64,000 nucleotides of DNA from Rhodospirillaceae bacterium (GCA_038114465.1 JAYNQW010000006.1:43059-107058); one strand, 5' to 3'; positions 47,901 through 59,296 are shown, numbered from the stretch's first letter. Program-made: numbers and translations. The notes: generated by a model not told the origin, from the letters alone.

Positions 47901-49721
47901 ATGTACATTCGTCATCTGCCCGACAATATCGTTAATCAAATCGCTGCCGGCGAGGTGGTCGAGCGTCCGGCATCCGCCGTCAAGGAATTGGTCGAAAACA
48001 GTATCGATGCGGGAGCGACGCGCATCGATGTCGTGGTGCGCGACGGTGGGCAATCGGAAATGACCGTGATCGATGACGGCTGCGGCATGACGCCGGACGA
48101 ACTGCAACTCGCTGTCGAGCGTCATGCGACATCGAAGCTACCCGACGATGATCTCACGCATATCGGCACGCTCGGGTTTCGTGGCGAGGCGTTACCTTCG
48201 ATCGGCTCCGTGAGTCGCCTAGCTCTGACAAGCCGTCCGAAGGATGCCAAGGAAGCCTGGAAAATTACGGTTGAAGGCGGCAACACGGGTGATGTGCAGC
48301 CGGCATCCCACCCGCCCGGCACGCGCATCGAGGTCCGCGATCTTTTTTTTGCCACCCCGGCGCGTTTAAAGTTTCTCAAAACCCCGCGCACCGAGTTAAG
48401 CCACATCACCGAAACCCTGGAACGCTTGGCTATGGCTCATCCGGGTATCGGGTTTTCCTTGTCTGACGGCACGCGCAGTATCCTTAAGCTTTCGCCGGCG
48501 CAAGGCGATCTGTTTTCCGCCCGGCTCGACCGGTTAAGCGCTGTCATGGGCCGCGAGTTCGCCGACAACGCCATGAAAATCGATGCCGAACGTCAGAATT
48601 TAAAATTGACAGGCTATGCCGGACTGCCGACGTTCAATCGCGGCAATGCCGCCAAGCAATTCCTGTTTGTGAACGGCCGCCCGGTCCGCGATAAGCTTTT
48701 GTTTGGTGCCGTGCGCGGCGCGTACCGGGATTTTCTCGCTTCCGACCGCTATCCCTTGCTGGCACTCTTCCTCGAAATTCCATCTGATCAAGTCGATGTC
48801 AATGTGCATCCGGCAAAGACCGAAGTGCGGTTTCGTGATGCCGGCTTGGTGCGCGGGCTGATCGTTGGTGCTTTAAAGCATGCGCTGGCCGAAGCCGGGC
48901 ACCGGGCCTCGAGCACGGTTGCGCAAGCCGCCCTAGGCGCGGTCCGCCCCGGTACCGGCGGACTGGGTAGTGGCGCGGCCCCGGTTTATGCGCACCATTC
49001 GTCACACGCTTCAACCGGCGGGCTCGCCGAACAAGTCAGTGCTTTTCACGCTCCGCTGACGAATTTGGACGCGCCGCTCGATGCGCGGCCTGCGGAATCC
49101 GCTGGGGAGGCCTTACAAAACGATGCCGCAACATTGGCGGCCTACCCTTTAGGCGTGGCGCGGGCACAAGTGCATGAAACCTACATCGTGTCGCAAACCG
49201 CCGATGGTATTGTGATCGTCGATCAGCATGCCGCCCACGAACGGCTTGTGCACGAACGCATCACAAGCGCCATGCAGGACAAAGGTGTTTCCCGGCAGAT
49301 CTTGCTGATCCCGGAAGTGGTCGAGTTGGGCGAAAGCGAAGCCGTGGTCTTAACCGCACGGCAAAATGAGCTTGCCGAATTGGGCTTGGTCATCGATTCC
49401 TTCGGTGAAAGTACCGTCGTTGTGCGCGAAGTGCCCGCATTGCTCGGCGAGGTGAACGTACAGGGCCTGGTGCGCGATTTAGCAGCGGACCTTGATGAGT
49501 TGGAAGAGGCCATCGCTTTGAAAGACCGCCTTGGCGATGTTTGCGCGACCATGGCCTGTCACGGCAGTGTACGGGCCGGCCGAAAATTAAATGCTTCGGA
49601 GATGAATGCACTGTTGCGTGAGATGGAAGCAACGCCCCATGCCGGTCAATGCTCGCATGGCCGCCCGACCTATATCGAATTAAAGCTAGCGGACATCGAA
49701 AAATTGTTCGGCCGGCGTTAA
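47901..49721 (+). CDS. mutL: DNA mismatch repair endonuclease MutL
   Basis: [35 protein letters not shown]. Confidence 0.97.
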   Translation: MYIRHLPDNIVNQIAAGEVVERPASAVKELVENSIDAGATRIDVVVRDGGQSEMTVIDDGCGMTPDELQLAVERHATSKLPDDDLTHIGTLGFRGEALPSIGSVSRLALTSRPKDAKEAWKITVEGGNTGDVQPASHPPGTRIEVRDLFFATPARLKFLKTPRTELSHITETLERLAMAHPGIGFSLSDGTRSILKLSPAQGDLFSARLDRLSAVMGREFADNAMKIDAERQNLKLTGYAGLPTFNRGNAAKQFLFVNGRPVRDKLLFGAVRGAYRDFLASDRYPLLALFLEIPSDQVDVNVHPAKTEVRFRDAGLVRGLIVGALKHALAEAGHRASSTVAQAALGAVRPGTGGLGSGAAPVYAHHSSHASTGGLAEQVSAFHAPLTNLDAPLDARPAESAGEALQNDAATLAAYPLGVARAQVHETYIVSQTADGIVIVDQHAAHERLVHERITSAMQDKGVSRQILLIPEVVELGESEAVVLTARQNELAELGLVIDSFGESTVVVREVPALLGEVNVQGLVRDLAADLDELEEAIALKDRLGDVCATMACHGSVRAGRKLNASEMNALLREMEATPHAGQCSHGRPTYIELKLADIEKLFGRR

Positions 49722-49728
49722 GTCGCCG

Positions 49729-50550
49729 ATGCTGTATGAAGCCATTCAGTTTTTAACGACTCCGTGTTCCTCTGCCGCTCGTAAACTCGGTTACCTCAGT
49801 CAAGCGATTGCGCTTGAGGCGCGTTATAAACGTTGCCGGTTCGGCTGGAGTCTGCATCTCAAAAACTCGCAAGAACTCATCCGGGAAGCCATCGCGCAAT
49901 GCCCGGGGCAGCGCAAGGCCGTCGTGCTCGGCTCGGGATTGTTGCTGGATATACCGATTGAGGATTTAAGTGCTGACTTTGAGCAAGTCGATTTGATCGA
50001 TATCGTCCACCTTCGCGCGGCCCGGCGCCGGGTTCAGAAATTTCACAATGTGCATTTAATCGAAACCGACATCACCGGTGTCGTGCAAGAGCTAGCCCGG
50101 TTAAAAGGAACCATGACGGGCTATACTGACGCCGGGCCCCCGGAAAAATCTTGGCCCCAACCGTATTGCGATGACCAGTTGTTTGAAGGTGCCGATTTGG
50201 TCATTTCGGCCAATATTCTATCGCAGCTCCCTTTGCTGCCGGAAGAGTATTTAACGAGTCTCGGCTGTGAAAATTCGAAGGCAATCGATAAATATGGGCG
50301 GTCAATCATCAACCATCATTTAAAATTATTAAAACATCTCGATTGCATGGTCTGTTTTATTGCCGATGTCGAGCGGTGTATATTGTCAAAGCCGAAACCG
50401 TCTAAAAACGAAAATTTATTATATGGGGTTAAGCCATTGATCGCGGCGCACAGTTGGATGTGGAATATCGCCCCGGCACCGGAAGTCGATCGCATGACGC
50501 ATGTCCATCACCGTGTCGTCGGTGGTATTATCCCGCCAGGAAAAGAGTAG
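49729..50550 (+). CDS. Hypothetical protein with SAM-methyltransferase-like motifs
   Basis: VVLGSG.LLDIP, LIDIVH, DITG, DLVISAN.LSQL. Confidence 0.7.
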   Translation: MLYEAIQFLTTPCSSAARKLGYLSQAIALEARYKRCRFGWSLHLKNSQELIREAIAQCPGQRKAVVLGSGLLLDIPIEDLSADFEQVDLIDIVHLRAARRRVQKFHNVHLIETDITGVVQELARLKGTMTGYTDAGPPEKSWPQPYCDDQLFEGADLVISANILSQLPLLPEEYLTSLGCENSKAIDKYGRSIINHHLKLLKHLDCMVCFIADVERCILSKPKPSKNENLLYGVKPLIAAHSWMWNIAPAPEVDRMTHVHHRVVGGIIPPGKE

Positions 50551-50558
50551 GAATCGAT

Positions 50559-51776
50559 TTGGCCGAACCGCAACAAGAACAGGTAGCGACGAAAATACCG
50601 GCAGGCGTTTGGGCGATCAGTTCGGTTAGCTTTTTCATGCAGATCAGCAATTCGCTGGTCTATTCTATTTTTCCGGTTTATCAGCGCGAAGTGCTCGGGT
50701 TTTCGATGTTTACCCTCGGGCTCATTGAGGGAATCGCGCACGCATCCATGGCGTTTTCGCGCTTCATTTCCGGCGCCTTTAGTGATTGGTTGGGGAAGCG
50801 TAAGCCGTTGGCGCTGACCGGTTACGGCCTGACGATGTTTACCCGGGCTGCCATTCCTTTGGTGCGAACACCGTTGGAGGTGGTCGGGATCCGGTTTGTC
50901 GAGCGTTTGGGGATCGGAATCCGATCAGCCCCGCGCGATGCCCTCATCGCCGATCACATACCGCGCAATATCGCCGGTGCGAGCTATGGATTACGTCATA
51001 GTTTAGATCGCTGCGGTGCGCTCATTGGCCCGTTGCTGACGATGCTGTTTATGTTTTTGCTCAGCAATAATTACCGGATTGTTTTCTGGATCGCTGTTAT
51101 TCCGGCCGTGGTTTCCGTCATCGTGCTGTATATTTTCGTGAAAGACGTGCCTGTCTCGCCGGCCAAAAGGGCTCAGGTTAAAGTCCGGTGGAAATTATCG
51201 GATTTAAGATCGTTTGGCGCGCCGCTCTGGTGGTTCATCGTCGTGAACCTCGTCATGCATCTATCCTATTTCAGTGAAGCCTTTCTCGTATTGCGGGCTT
51301 CGGATGCCGGGTTGTCTTCGGCTTACATCCCATTGGTATTAGCGATACAGAATTTGGTCATCGCTTCGACGGCGTATCCGATCGGAAAATTCTCAGATAG
51401 AATCGGCCGCACTAAAATCGTCGCCCTCGGTTTCTTTTTGATGATCATCGCGCACCTATTGTTGTCGGTTGCAACAACGGTCTGGCTGGCTTTGTTCGGC
51501 GCCGCCTTGTGGGGGCTGGTTCGTTCCGCGCGCAGCGTGACCAATGCCATCGTCTCGGATTTAGTGCCGAGTAATCTGCGTGGCTCGGCTTTCGGTGTTA
51601 TTCAGATGTCGCATGGTTTTGCCGGCCTCACGACAAATATCATGGCCGGCTATCTCTGGCATACTTATAGCCCGGAACTGACGTACCAAGTCGCTGCCGG
51701 TGTGACAGCGATTTCGCTTGTGCTCTTTTTGATGTGGATGCGCCGTTATGGGCATGTCCTCAAAAAGAAGCACTAA
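50559..51776 (+). CDS. MFS transporter
   Basis: SDWLGKRK and SDRIGR motif-A copies, about 12 hydrophobic segments, RSAPRDALIAD. TTG start inferred. Confidence 0.9.
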   Translation: MAEPQQEQVATKIPAGVWAISSVSFFMQISNSLVYSIFPVYQREVLGFSMFTLGLIEGIAHASMAFSRFISGAFSDWLGKRKPLALTGYGLTMFTRAAIPLVRTPLEVVGIRFVERLGIGIRSAPRDALIADHIPRNIAGASYGLRHSLDRCGALIGPLLTMLFMFLLSNNYRIVFWIAVIPAVVSVIVLYIFVKDVPVSPAKRAQVKVRWKLSDLRSFGAPLWWFIVVNLVMHLSYFSEAFLVLRASDAGLSSAYIPLVLAIQNLVIASTAYPIGKFSDRIGRTKIVALGFFLMIIAHLLLSVATTVWLALFGAALWGLVRSARSVTNAIVSDLVPSNLRGSAFGVIQMSHGFAGLTTNIMAGYLWHTYSPELTYQVAAGVTAISLVLFLMWMRRYGHVLKKKH

Positions 51777-52348
51777 AGTTTCAAGAATACCACCTGTGCT
51801 GCGCCATAATTTCGCCGGTCTAGCTCTTCAAAATCTTTTGGCGGCGAAAAGGGTTCTTTCGCCGGCACTTCAACAATGCAGAGCGATCCTGCACCGATCC
51901 AAGCTTGCGCGCGCAATGATTGAAGTGCATCGGCGGCCAGGTTGCTTTTATCAAGGCCGCTTTGATAAGGCGGGTCGAGAAAAACCAAATTGCACGGCGC
52001 TTGGGCCGCAAGGGGTGGCGGCGGGAGGTTGACGGCATCGAGCTTCAGTATGGTAACGTTACGGGCTTCACCGACCTGCCCGGCGTTTTCGCGAATGCAT
52101 TTAATGGCGCGTGGATCGGAATCGATAAAACAGGCGTGCTTTGCGCCCCGTGATAACGCCTCGAGGCCGAGCGCGCCGGTGCCGGCAAAAATATCAAGCG
52201 CCACGGCACCATCGATCGCGAAATCATGGATGCCGTGTTCGAGCACATTGAAAATCGCCTCGCGCGCACGATCCGAGGTCGGCCGGATATCTTTGCTTGG
52301 CAGGGCTTTCAAGGGCCTTCGTTTATGTTTGCCGCCGACGATGCGCAT
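51773..52348 (-). CDS. rsmD: 16S rRNA m2G966 methyltransferase
   Basis: MRIVGG, RPTSDRAREAIFN, FAGTGALGLEALSRGA, DPPY. Confidence 0.95.
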   Translation of the reverse strand: MRIVGGKHKRRPLKALPSKDIRPTSDRAREAIFNVLEHGIHDFAIDGAVALDIFAGTGALGLEALSRGAKHACFIDSDPRAIKCIRENAGQVGEARNVTILKLDAVNLPPPPLAAQAPCNLVFLDPPYQSGLDKSNLAADALQSLRAQAWIGAGSLCIVEVPAKEPFSPPKDFEELDRRNYGAAQVVFLKL

Positions 52349-52362
52349 GATTTTTCCGCGTA

Positions 52363-53112
52363 CTATTTCAAGGAGCCGATTTGCTCGGCGATAATTTTTT
52401 TCGGCACTTCCTTCACCCTGCCGCGTTCGAGCTTGCCGAGTTGAAAGGGGCCGTAGGCAATGCGGATTAAGCGATTCACGCTAAAACCGAGATGCTCCAT
52501 AACCCGGCGGACTTCCCGGTTCTTGCCTTCCTGCAGGGAGACCGTCAGCCAGGCGTTTGCCCCTTGTTGCTGATCGAGCACGGCACGGATCGGCCCGTAA
52601 CGCACCTTATCGATGGTGACGCCCTTCTCCAGCGATTTCAGTTGTTTCGGATCAACGCGGCCGTGCACGCGCACCCGGTAGCGCCGGATCCATCCCGTTT
52701 TCGGTAATTCGAGTTTGCGCGCAATATCGCCGTCGTTGGTGAGCAGCAACAATCCTTCGGAGTTGATGTCGAGCCGTCCAATCGACATCAGCCGGGGTAG
52801 ATTTTTGGGTAGCGCGTCAAACACCGTGGGCCGGCCTTCCGGATCGCGGTGTGTCGTGACCAGCCCTTTCGGTTTGTGGTAACTCCAAAGCCGCACTCGC
52901 TCGGCTTGCGGCAGGGGCTTGCCGTCGACTGTGATCGTATTATCCGCCGTGACGTTGAGCGCGGGTGAGGTGATGATGGTGCCGTCAACCGTGATGCGGC
53001 CGGCTTCGATCATGCGCTCGGCGTCGCGGCGCGAAGCGAGGCCGGCGCGGGCGATCACTTTGGCGATGCGTTCACCGGGGTTGGTTTCTTTGTCTGCCGG
53101 TTTTGCGTTCAT
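52363..53112 (-). CDS. rluB: rRNA pseudouridine synthase, RluB/RsuA family
   Basis: S4 domain (SRRDAE), GRLDINSEGLLL, EGKNREVRR. Confidence 0.88.
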   Translation of the reverse strand: MNAKPADKETNPGERIAKVIARAGLASRRDAERMIEAGRITVDGTIITSPALNVTADNTITVDGKPLPQAERVRLWSYHKPKGLVTTHRDPEGRPTVFDALPKNLPRLMSIGRLDINSEGLLLLTNDGDIARKLELPKTGWIRRYRVRVHGRVDPKQLKSLEKGVTIDKVRYGPIRAVLDQQQGANAWLTVSLQEGKNREVRRVMEHLGFSVNRLIRIAYGPFQLGKLERGRVKEVPKKIIAEQIGSLK

Positions 53113-53822
53113 GACCGTGCGGCGTCGATAAAGGCGGCAAAGATGCGTTCATCCGCCGGCGTGATCGAAAACTCCGGATGCCATTGCACGCCGAGACAAA
53201 ACTTGTGCTTTTTCGTCTCGATCCCTTCGATGACGCCGTCGGGCGCGCGAGCGTTGACGAGTACCCCGGCGGGCACGTCCTTGGCCGCCTGATGATGCGC
53301 GCTGTTCACTTCGATTTCCGTTTCACCGACGATGTCGAACAGCAACGTTCCTTTTTCGATGCTTACACTGTGTCCCGTTTCATGGCGCGGATTGGGCTGT
53401 TCGTGCGCGAGCGCATTGTCGACTTCATCGGGGATGTGTTGGATCAGTGTGCCGCCCAACACCACATGCAACAGTTGCTGGCCGCCGCAAATGCCGAGGA
53501 CCGGTTTGTCGGCGTTCAAGGCGCCGTCGATGATCGCGCGTTCGAACAAAGTGCGCTTGCTTTTGGTTTTGACCGTTTTGTGGCGTTCGGTCGCGCCGAA
53601 CAGGGCCGGGTCGACATCGAAATCGCCGCCGGTGACGATCAGCCCGTCGATCAAGCCGAGATATTGTCCCGCGAGTTCCGGTTCGTGCGGCAGCACAACC
53701 GGCAGGCCACCCGCCTGGCTGACCGCGCCGGCGTAATTTTCCCGGAGCGCATACCACGGATACTTGGAGTACGTGCCGGGCTCTTCCGAATCGATGGTGA
53801 TGCCGATGACCGGTGTTTTCAT
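53109..53822 (-). CDS. Gamma-glutamyl-gamma-aminobutyrate hydrolase family (peptidase C26)
   Basis: TGGDFDVDP, LGICGG.Q, VNSAHHQA, GVQWHPE. Confidence 0.9.
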   Translation of the reverse strand: MKTPVIGITIDSEEPGTYSKYPWYALRENYAGAVSQAGGLPVVLPHEPELAGQYLGLIDGLIVTGGDFDVDPALFGATERHKTVKTKSKRTLFERAIIDGALNADKPVLGICGGQQLLHVVLGGTLIQHIPDEVDNALAHEQPNPRHETGHSVSIEKGTLLFDIVGETEIEVNSAHHQAAKDVPAGVLVNARAPDGVIEGIETKKHKFCLGVQWHPEFSITPADERIFAAFIDAARS

Positions 53823-53895
53823 AACCGGCACTCTAGGCAGCGTTCGGCCTTGCAGCAAGCTTGACGGCGGTGTTGTGAACTTGCAGGGTGCGGCC

Positions 53896-54354
53896 ATGAC
53901 CAACGAGGCCGTAAATTATATGAACCAAGCCCTGGAACGGGCGAAGGCCGGGGGTGACGCGGGGGAAGTGCCCGTCGGCGCCGTGCTCGTCGAGCGCGCG
54001 AGCGGCACGGTGCTCGCCGCCGATCACAACCAAGTGGAAACACTCAACGATCCGACCGCGCATGCCGAGATGCAGGTGATTCGCGCCGGCGCGAAATCGC
54101 GCGGCGATAAACGCCTGGAGGGTTGCGATCTCTACGTGACCTTGGAGCCGTGCGCCATGTGCGCCGCGGCGATTGCCCATGCCCGTATCGGGCGCGTGAT
54201 TTTCGGCGCGTACGACCCGAAAGGCGGCGGCGTCGAACACGGCGCGCGGGTTTTCGAGCAACCCACGTGCCATCACAAGCCCGAGGTCGTCGGCGGTATC
54301 AACGAAATCGAAGCGGGTGAAATCTTAAAAACGTTTTTCCGGGAAAAACGGTAA
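53896..54354 (+). CDS. tadA: tRNA adenosine deaminase
   Basis: GEVPVGAV, DPTAHAE, TLEPCAMC, GAYDPKGG, FF..KR. Confidence 0.9.
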   Translation: MTNEAVNYMNQALERAKAGGDAGEVPVGAVLVERASGTVLAADHNQVETLNDPTAHAEMQVIRAGAKSRGDKRLEGCDLYVTLEPCAMCAAAIAHARIGRVIFGAYDPKGGGVEHGARVFEQPTCHHKPEVVGGINEIEAGEILKTFFREKR

Positions 54355-54360
54355 GGTTGC

Positions 54361-54684
54361 TTAGCCCTTAATTTGCTTGCTGATGTCTGAATGGTCCGGG
54401 TGGGATTCCTTGAACTTTGCCATTTGCTCATCGGACGCGGGCAGTTGGTGTTTCTCTTTCCAATCACCGTAGGCCATGCCATAGACGCGTTCGCGGGCGG
54501 CTTCGTAGTCCATCTCGAGGCCCTTTTCTTGTGCCGCCGCCAGATACCATTTGGCGAGGCAATTGCGGCAAAAGCCCGAGAGGTTCATCAAGTCGATATT
54601 TTGCACGTCGGTTCGTTTCTGTAAGTGCTCGACGAGGCCGCGAAAGGCGGCGGCTTCAAGCTCGGTGCGTATTTGATCGTCCAT
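54361..54684 (-). CDS. DUF1244 family protein
   Basis: ELEAAAFR.LV.HL..R.DVQNIDLMNL.GFCRNCL. Confidence 0.88.
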   Translation of the reverse strand: MDDQIRTELEAAAFRGLVEHLQKRTDVQNIDLMNLSGFCRNCLAKWYLAAAQEKGLEMDYEAARERVYGMAYGDWKEKHQLPASDEQMAKFKESHPDHSDISKQIKG

Positions 54685-54715
54685 GATCGTCTCCCAATGA
54701 TAAACGTTTGAAAAA

Positions 54716-56002
54716 TTACTTTTTGCTTTTGGCGCGGTCGATCGCGCGCCAGCCGATGTCACGGCGGCAGAAGCCACCCGGCCAATCGATCAAATCGACG
54801 GCCTTGTAGGCAAGCTTTTGGGCCTGCTTAATACCGTTCGCGCGCGCCGTGACGCCGAGAACCCGTCCGCCGTTGGCGACGATGCGGTGATTATCGAATG
54901 CCGTGCCGGCGTGAAAGACGACGACATTTTTCAGCGCATTGGCATCGTCAAGGCCGCGAATTTCAGTACCCTTGCCGTAGTGGCCGGGATAACCCTTGGT
55001 CGCCATCACCACCGTCAGCGCGGTATCTTTGTGCCAGTCGAGTTTTATTTTATCGAGTTTTCCTTCGGCACAGGCGAGCAACGCTTCGAGCGCGTCGGAT
55101 TTCAGTTTCATCATCAGCGCCTGGCATTCGGGATCGCCGAAACGCACGTTGTATTCGAGCAATTTAATGCCGTCATCGGTGATCATAAGGCCGGCGAACA
55201 GCACCCCTTTATAGGGTTTGCCTTCAGCCGCCATGCCTTTGATGGTCGGCAGGATGATGGTCTCCATCACTTCATCGGCCATTTTTTTCGTAATGACCGG
55301 AGCCGGCGTGTAAGCGCCCATGCCGCCGGTGTTGGGGCCGTGATCGCCGTCATGTGCGGCCTTATGATCCTGCGCCGAGACCAGCGGTACCGCGTTCTCG
55401 CCATCGACCAGCGCAAAGAAGCTCGCTTCCTCGCCGGTGAGAAACTCCTCGATCACGATTTCATCACCGGCTTCACCGAAAGGGCGCTCGACCATGATGT
55501 GATCGACGGCGGCGAAGGCTTCGTTCTCGTTACGGCAAAGGATGACACCTTTGCCGGCGGCGAGGCCGTCGGCTTTCACCACAATCGGGGCGTGATGGCG
55601 AATAATGTATTCCTTGGCCGAGTCCGGTTCATCGAAGCGTTCCGATTCGCCCGTCGGGATATCGTACTTGCTGCAAATATCCTTCATAAAGCTTTTCGAG
55701 CCTTCAAGCTCGGCCGCCGCCGCGCTTGGCCCGAACGCCTTGATGCCGTTTTCTTCGAGCACATCGACCAAGCCCGCGACCAAAGGCGCTTCCGGGCCGA
55801 CAACGACAAAATCGATTTTTTCGGAAACCGCGAAATCGACAATGGCGGGAATGTCTTCGGCGCCGATATCGATGCAGGCCGCAACATCGGCGATCCCGGC
55901 ATTGCCCGGCGCGCAAAACAGTTCAGAACAGCGTTTTGATTGGGCGATGGCCCAACAAAGCGCATGCTCACGCCCGCCGCCGCCAACCACCAAAACCTTC
56001 AT
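54716..56002 (-). CDS. purD: Phosphoribosylamine--glycine ligase
   Basis: GGGGREHA, PGNAG, VGPEAPL, KADGLAAGKGV, GPNTGGMG, EYNVRFGDPE. Confidence 0.97.
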   Translation of the reverse strand: MKVLVVGGGGREHALCWAIAQSKRCSELFCAPGNAGIADVAACIDIGAEDIPAIVDFAVSEKIDFVVVGPEAPLVAGLVDVLEENGIKAFGPSAAAAELEGSKSFMKDICSKYDIPTGESERFDEPDSAKEYIIRHHAPIVVKADGLAAGKGVILCRNENEAFAAVDHIMVERPFGEAGDEIVIEEFLTGEEASFFALVDGENAVPLVSAQDHKAAHDGDHGPNTGGMGAYTPAPVITKKMADEVMETIILPTIKGMAAEGKPYKGVLFAGLMITDDGIKLLEYNVRFGDPECQALMMKLKSDALEALLACAEGKLDKIKLDWHKDTALTVVMATKGYPGHYGKGTEIRGLDDANALKNVVVFHAGTAFDNHRIVANGGRVLGVTARANGIKQAQKLAYKAVDLIDWPGGFCRRDIGWRAIDRAKSKK

Positions 56003-56081
56003 CGCGCCAATCCTCTCATGCTTCTCATGATCCTCACTGGTATTTTTATTCGTTTGTCCTGTATCATACATACCCAAAGCC

Positions 56082-57569
56082 ATGGCGAAAGAACAATTCC
56101 AAGCAGAATCCGAGGGCAATTTGCCCATCCTGTCCGTCAGCGAGATTTCGCTGGCGCTCAAGCGCGAGGTCGAGGAGGCCTTCGCGTACGTGCGCATCCG
56201 CGGCGAGATTTCCGGCTTCAAGCGTGCCGCTTCCGGGCACATGTATATGACCCTTAAGGACGAGGATGCGGTGCTGGACGGGGTGTGCTGGCGCGGCACG
56301 GCGGGGCGTTTGTCGGTCACGCCCGAGGATGGCATCGAGGTCGTTGTCACCGGGCGGCTAACGACTTATCCGGCGCGTTCGAAATATCAGGTCGTGATCG
56401 ATCAGATGGAAATGGCCGGTGAAGGAGCGCTACTCAAGCTTCTCGAGGATCGGCGTAAAAAGTTGGCCGGCGAAGGGCTGTTCGATGAAGAGAGAAAACA
56501 GAAACTGCCGTATTTGCCTGAGGTAATCGGCGTCGTCACCTCGCCGACCGGGGCCGTCATCCGCGATATTTTGCACCGCTTGGCTGACCGGTTTCCGCGC
56601 CATGTGTTGCTCTGGCCGGTGCTGGTACAGGGCAAGGAAGCGGCCGAGCAGGTCGCTGCAGCCATTGCCGGGTTCAATCGGTTTCAAGCGAACGATCCTA
56701 AACTGCCGCGACCGGACTTGATTATCGTCGCGCGCGGCGGCGGCAGCCTCGAAGATTTATGGGCTTTTAACGAAGAGGCCGTGGTGCGCGCAGCCGCTGA
56801 GAGCGTGATCCCGCTGATCTCGGCAGTTGGTCATGAAACCGATACGACCCTCATTGACTTTGCCGCCGATCAGCGCGCGCCGACGCCAACAGCGGCCGCC
56901 GAAATGGCGGTGCCGGTGCGCCTCGAACTTCTCAGTGAAGTCGCGGAAGAAGGCTCGCGCCTGGTTTCGGCGGTCTCGCGCATCGTAACGGAACGCGCCA
57001 CGCATCTCGAAAATTTAAGCCGGGGTTTGCCGAACCTGCCGTGCCTGATCGAAGAAGCGGTGCAGCGGCTCGATGATTGGTCCGAGCGGCTTGAAAACGG
57101 CTTGAAAGCCTGGATTGCCCAGCGGCAATCGCGGCTGGCCGAATTGTCCGCCGGATTGTTAAATCCAAAGCCGATGATCGAACAGGGCGCGCGCGCGGTG
57201 CAATCAGAAGGCCGGGCCTTGGAATTGGCGGGTAAAAACTTTTTCAAGCACCGTCAGGACCGTTTAAATAATCTTGCGGGCCTGCTCGAAAGCTATTCAT
57301 TTGAACGCACCCTCGAGCGCGGCTTCGCGCTGGTTAAAGACGAGCAGGACCAACTCGTGCGTTCGGTGCGTGATCTAACGCCGGGGCAGGTGATTTCGGT
57401 TTCATTAGCCGACGGCAGCGCCGGCGCGACGGTTACGGACAACGTGCCTGTATCGGCGTCTTCATCGACGCCGTCATCAAAGCCCCCACAGGCATCCAAG
57501 ATGAAATCGGCGAAAAAGAAAAAACCGGAGCCGCCAGAAATCAACGATAAGCAGGGAACGTTGCTGTGA
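56082..57569 (+). CDS. xseA: Exodeoxyribonuclease VII large subunit
   Basis: GEISG...[42 protein letters not shown]. Confidence 0.96.
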   Translation: MAKEQFQAESEGNLPILSVSEISLALKREVEEAFAYVRIRGEISGFKRAASGHMYMTLKDEDAVLDGVCWRGTAGRLSVTPEDGIEVVVTGRLTTYPARSKYQVVIDQMEMAGEGALLKLLEDRRKKLAGEGLFDEERKQKLPYLPEVIGVVTSPTGAVIRDILHRLADRFPRHVLLWPVLVQGKEAAEQVAAAIAGFNRFQANDPKLPRPDLIIVARGGGSLEDLWAFNEEAVVRAAAESVIPLISAVGHETDTTLIDFAADQRAPTPTAAAEMAVPVRLELLSEVAEEGSRLVSAVSRIVTERATHLENLSRGLPNLPCLIEEAVQRLDDWSERLENGLKAWIAQRQSRLAELSAGLLNPKPMIEQGARAVQSEGRALELAGKNFFKHRQDRLNNLAGLLESYSFERTLERGFALVKDEQDQLVRSVRDLTPGQVISVSLADGSAGATVTDNVPVSASSSTPSSKPPQASKMKSAKKKKPEPPEINDKQGTLL

Positions 57570-58408
57570 AGCGGTGGCGGTTGTTTCTGGTTTTCAATTG
57601 TCTATGGGTTCTGGCTGCCTTGCCGGTTCAGGCGCTCGAATTAAACGGTTCGTTGATTCAGGGCGGACTTGTGATCGGCCGTGTCGACCCAGGAACGAAA
57701 GTTATATTCCAGGACCGTTTGGTGCGCGTTTCGCCTGATGGATTGTTCGCGATCGGTTTTGGCCGTAATGCCGCGAAAGAAGCGGTGCTGAAAATCAAAC
57801 GCCCCGGCGGTATCGTGATGCGCGAAATTCTGGATGTTAAACCGCGGCGTTATAAGATTTCCCGGATCGATGGATTACCGTCACGAAAGGTCACGCCGAG
57901 GCCCGCCGATATCAAACGTATCCGGGCTGATTCACGCCTGATTAAAGAAAGCCGGCGCCGTGACACGCCGAAGGCGTATTTCCGCTCGCGGTTTATGTGG
58001 CCCGCCATAGGGCGCATATCGGGGGTATTCGGCTCGCAGCGAATTCTTAACGGCAAGCCCCGGCGCCCGCATGTCGGCGTCGATATCGCCGCGCCGAAAG
58101 GAACGCCCGTGCGCGCCATGGCCGACGGGATCGTGACATTGGTACATCAGAATATGTTTTTTACCGGCAAAACGCTGATGATCGATCACGGTCACGGACT
58201 GCAGTCGGTGTATGCGCACTTAAGCGAGATCAGCGTCAAGGAAGGCACGGCCGTTCGAAAAGGTGATCTCATCGGGCGCATCGGCGCGACTGGCCGGGCG
58301 ACGGCGCCGCATTTGCATTGGGGGGTGAGTTGGTTCGCGACCCACCTCGACCCGGCCTTGGTCGTGGGGCCGATGCCGCGAAAAAAGAAATCGGTAAAAA
58401 AGAAATAG
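57566..58408 (+). CDS. M23 family metallopeptidase (secreted)
   Basis: [25 protein letters not shown]. Confidence 0.9.
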   Translation: MKRWRLFLVFNCLWVLAALPVQALELNGSLIQGGLVIGRVDPGTKVIFQDRLVRVSPDGLFAIGFGRNAAKEAVLKIKRPGGIVMREILDVKPRRYKISRIDGLPSRKVTPRPADIKRIRADSRLIKESRRRDTPKAYFRSRFMWPAIGRISGVFGSQRILNGKPRRPHVGVDIAAPKGTPVRAMADGIVTLVHQNMFFTGKTLMIDHGHGLQSVYAHLSEISVKEGTAVRKGDLIGRIGATGRATAPHLHWGVSWFATHLDPALVVGPMPRKKKSVKKK

Positions 58409-58414
58409 CGGATG

Positions 58415-59287
58415 TCAGTCCGGCCAGCGGTTGTGAATCCACAGCCATTGCTCCGGGTTCTGGCGTGCCCAGGTTTCCATAATTTTGTTGACGTTCGTCA
58501 TCGCGGCCTTGATGTCGTCTTGGCGGTTCGCCGTTTTGCGAATGGGTAGCGGTGGATAACAGGTGATTCGAAATCGAACGCCTTCGATGCGCTCGATTTG
58601 AACCGGTAAAACAGGCATATCGAATTTTAAGGCAAACTGCGCCAACGCCGGCGCGGTCATCGCATCGCGTCCGAAAAACGGAATAGGGATGCCGTCGTTC
58701 ATTTTTTGGTCGACCAGCATGCCGAGGTGACCGCCGCCGTTCAGAAGCTTAATGGCCTGGCGCGCGCCTTCGGAGCCTTTCGGGATCAACTCGCCCCGGC
58801 CCACTTGGCGTTGGCGAAAAACATTTTCCACATATGGGTTGTTCGGCGCGCGGTAAATCAGGTGAATCGGAATGCCTTCGTTCATGGCGGCAAGCGCCAG
58901 CACTTCCCAATTGGCGAAGTGTCCGGAAAAAAAGATGCCGGGTTTGTTATCATCACGCAGCTGCACGATCAATTCGTTGCGGACCACTTCGACATTGGCG
59001 TCGGGGCCGTCAAACTTAAACTGATCGAGATGGGGGTACTCGAAGATTGTTCTCCCGAGATTGTCCCACATCTTTTTGATGATATCGTCAATTTCAATAT
59101 CCGATTTTTCAGGAAATGTTTTTTTTAAATTTCGCCGCGCGGTTTTTGTCGCGCCCAACAAGGGACCGAAGGTGCGCGCAAGAGCACCGCCCATCGCTGA
59201 AGCCGTACGGAGCGGCAACATACGCATAAGGATAAACAGCACGTAAAGCGCTAAGGCTTCCAGAATGTGAATGAGGCGTCTTAACAA
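58415..59287 (-). CDS. lpxL: Lipid A lauroyl/myristoyl acyltransferase (HtrB/LpxL family)
   Basis: GHFANWE, LVDQ, FFG, PEQWLW.H.RW. Confidence 0.85.
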   Translation of the reverse strand: MLRRLIHILEALALYVLFILMRMLPLRTASAMGGALARTFGPLLGATKTARRNLKKTFPEKSDIEIDDIIKKMWDNLGRTIFEYPHLDQFKFDGPDANVEVVRNELIVQLRDDNKPGIFFSGHFANWEVLALAAMNEGIPIHLIYRAPNNPYVENVFRQRQVGRGELIPKGSEGARQAIKLLNGGGHLGMLVDQKMNDGIPIPFFGRDAMTAPALAQFALKFDMPVLPVQIERIEGVRFRITCYPPLPIRKTANRQDDIKAAMTNVNKIMETWARQNPEQWLWIHNRWPD

Positions 59288-59296
59288 AGGTTGTTC

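Noticed and set aside
53178-53864. 228-aa plus-strand ORF
   Set aside because: Antisense shadow of the peptidase C26 gene.
54818-55939. 373-aa plus-strand ORF
   Set aside because: Antisense shadow of purD with no recognisable motifs.
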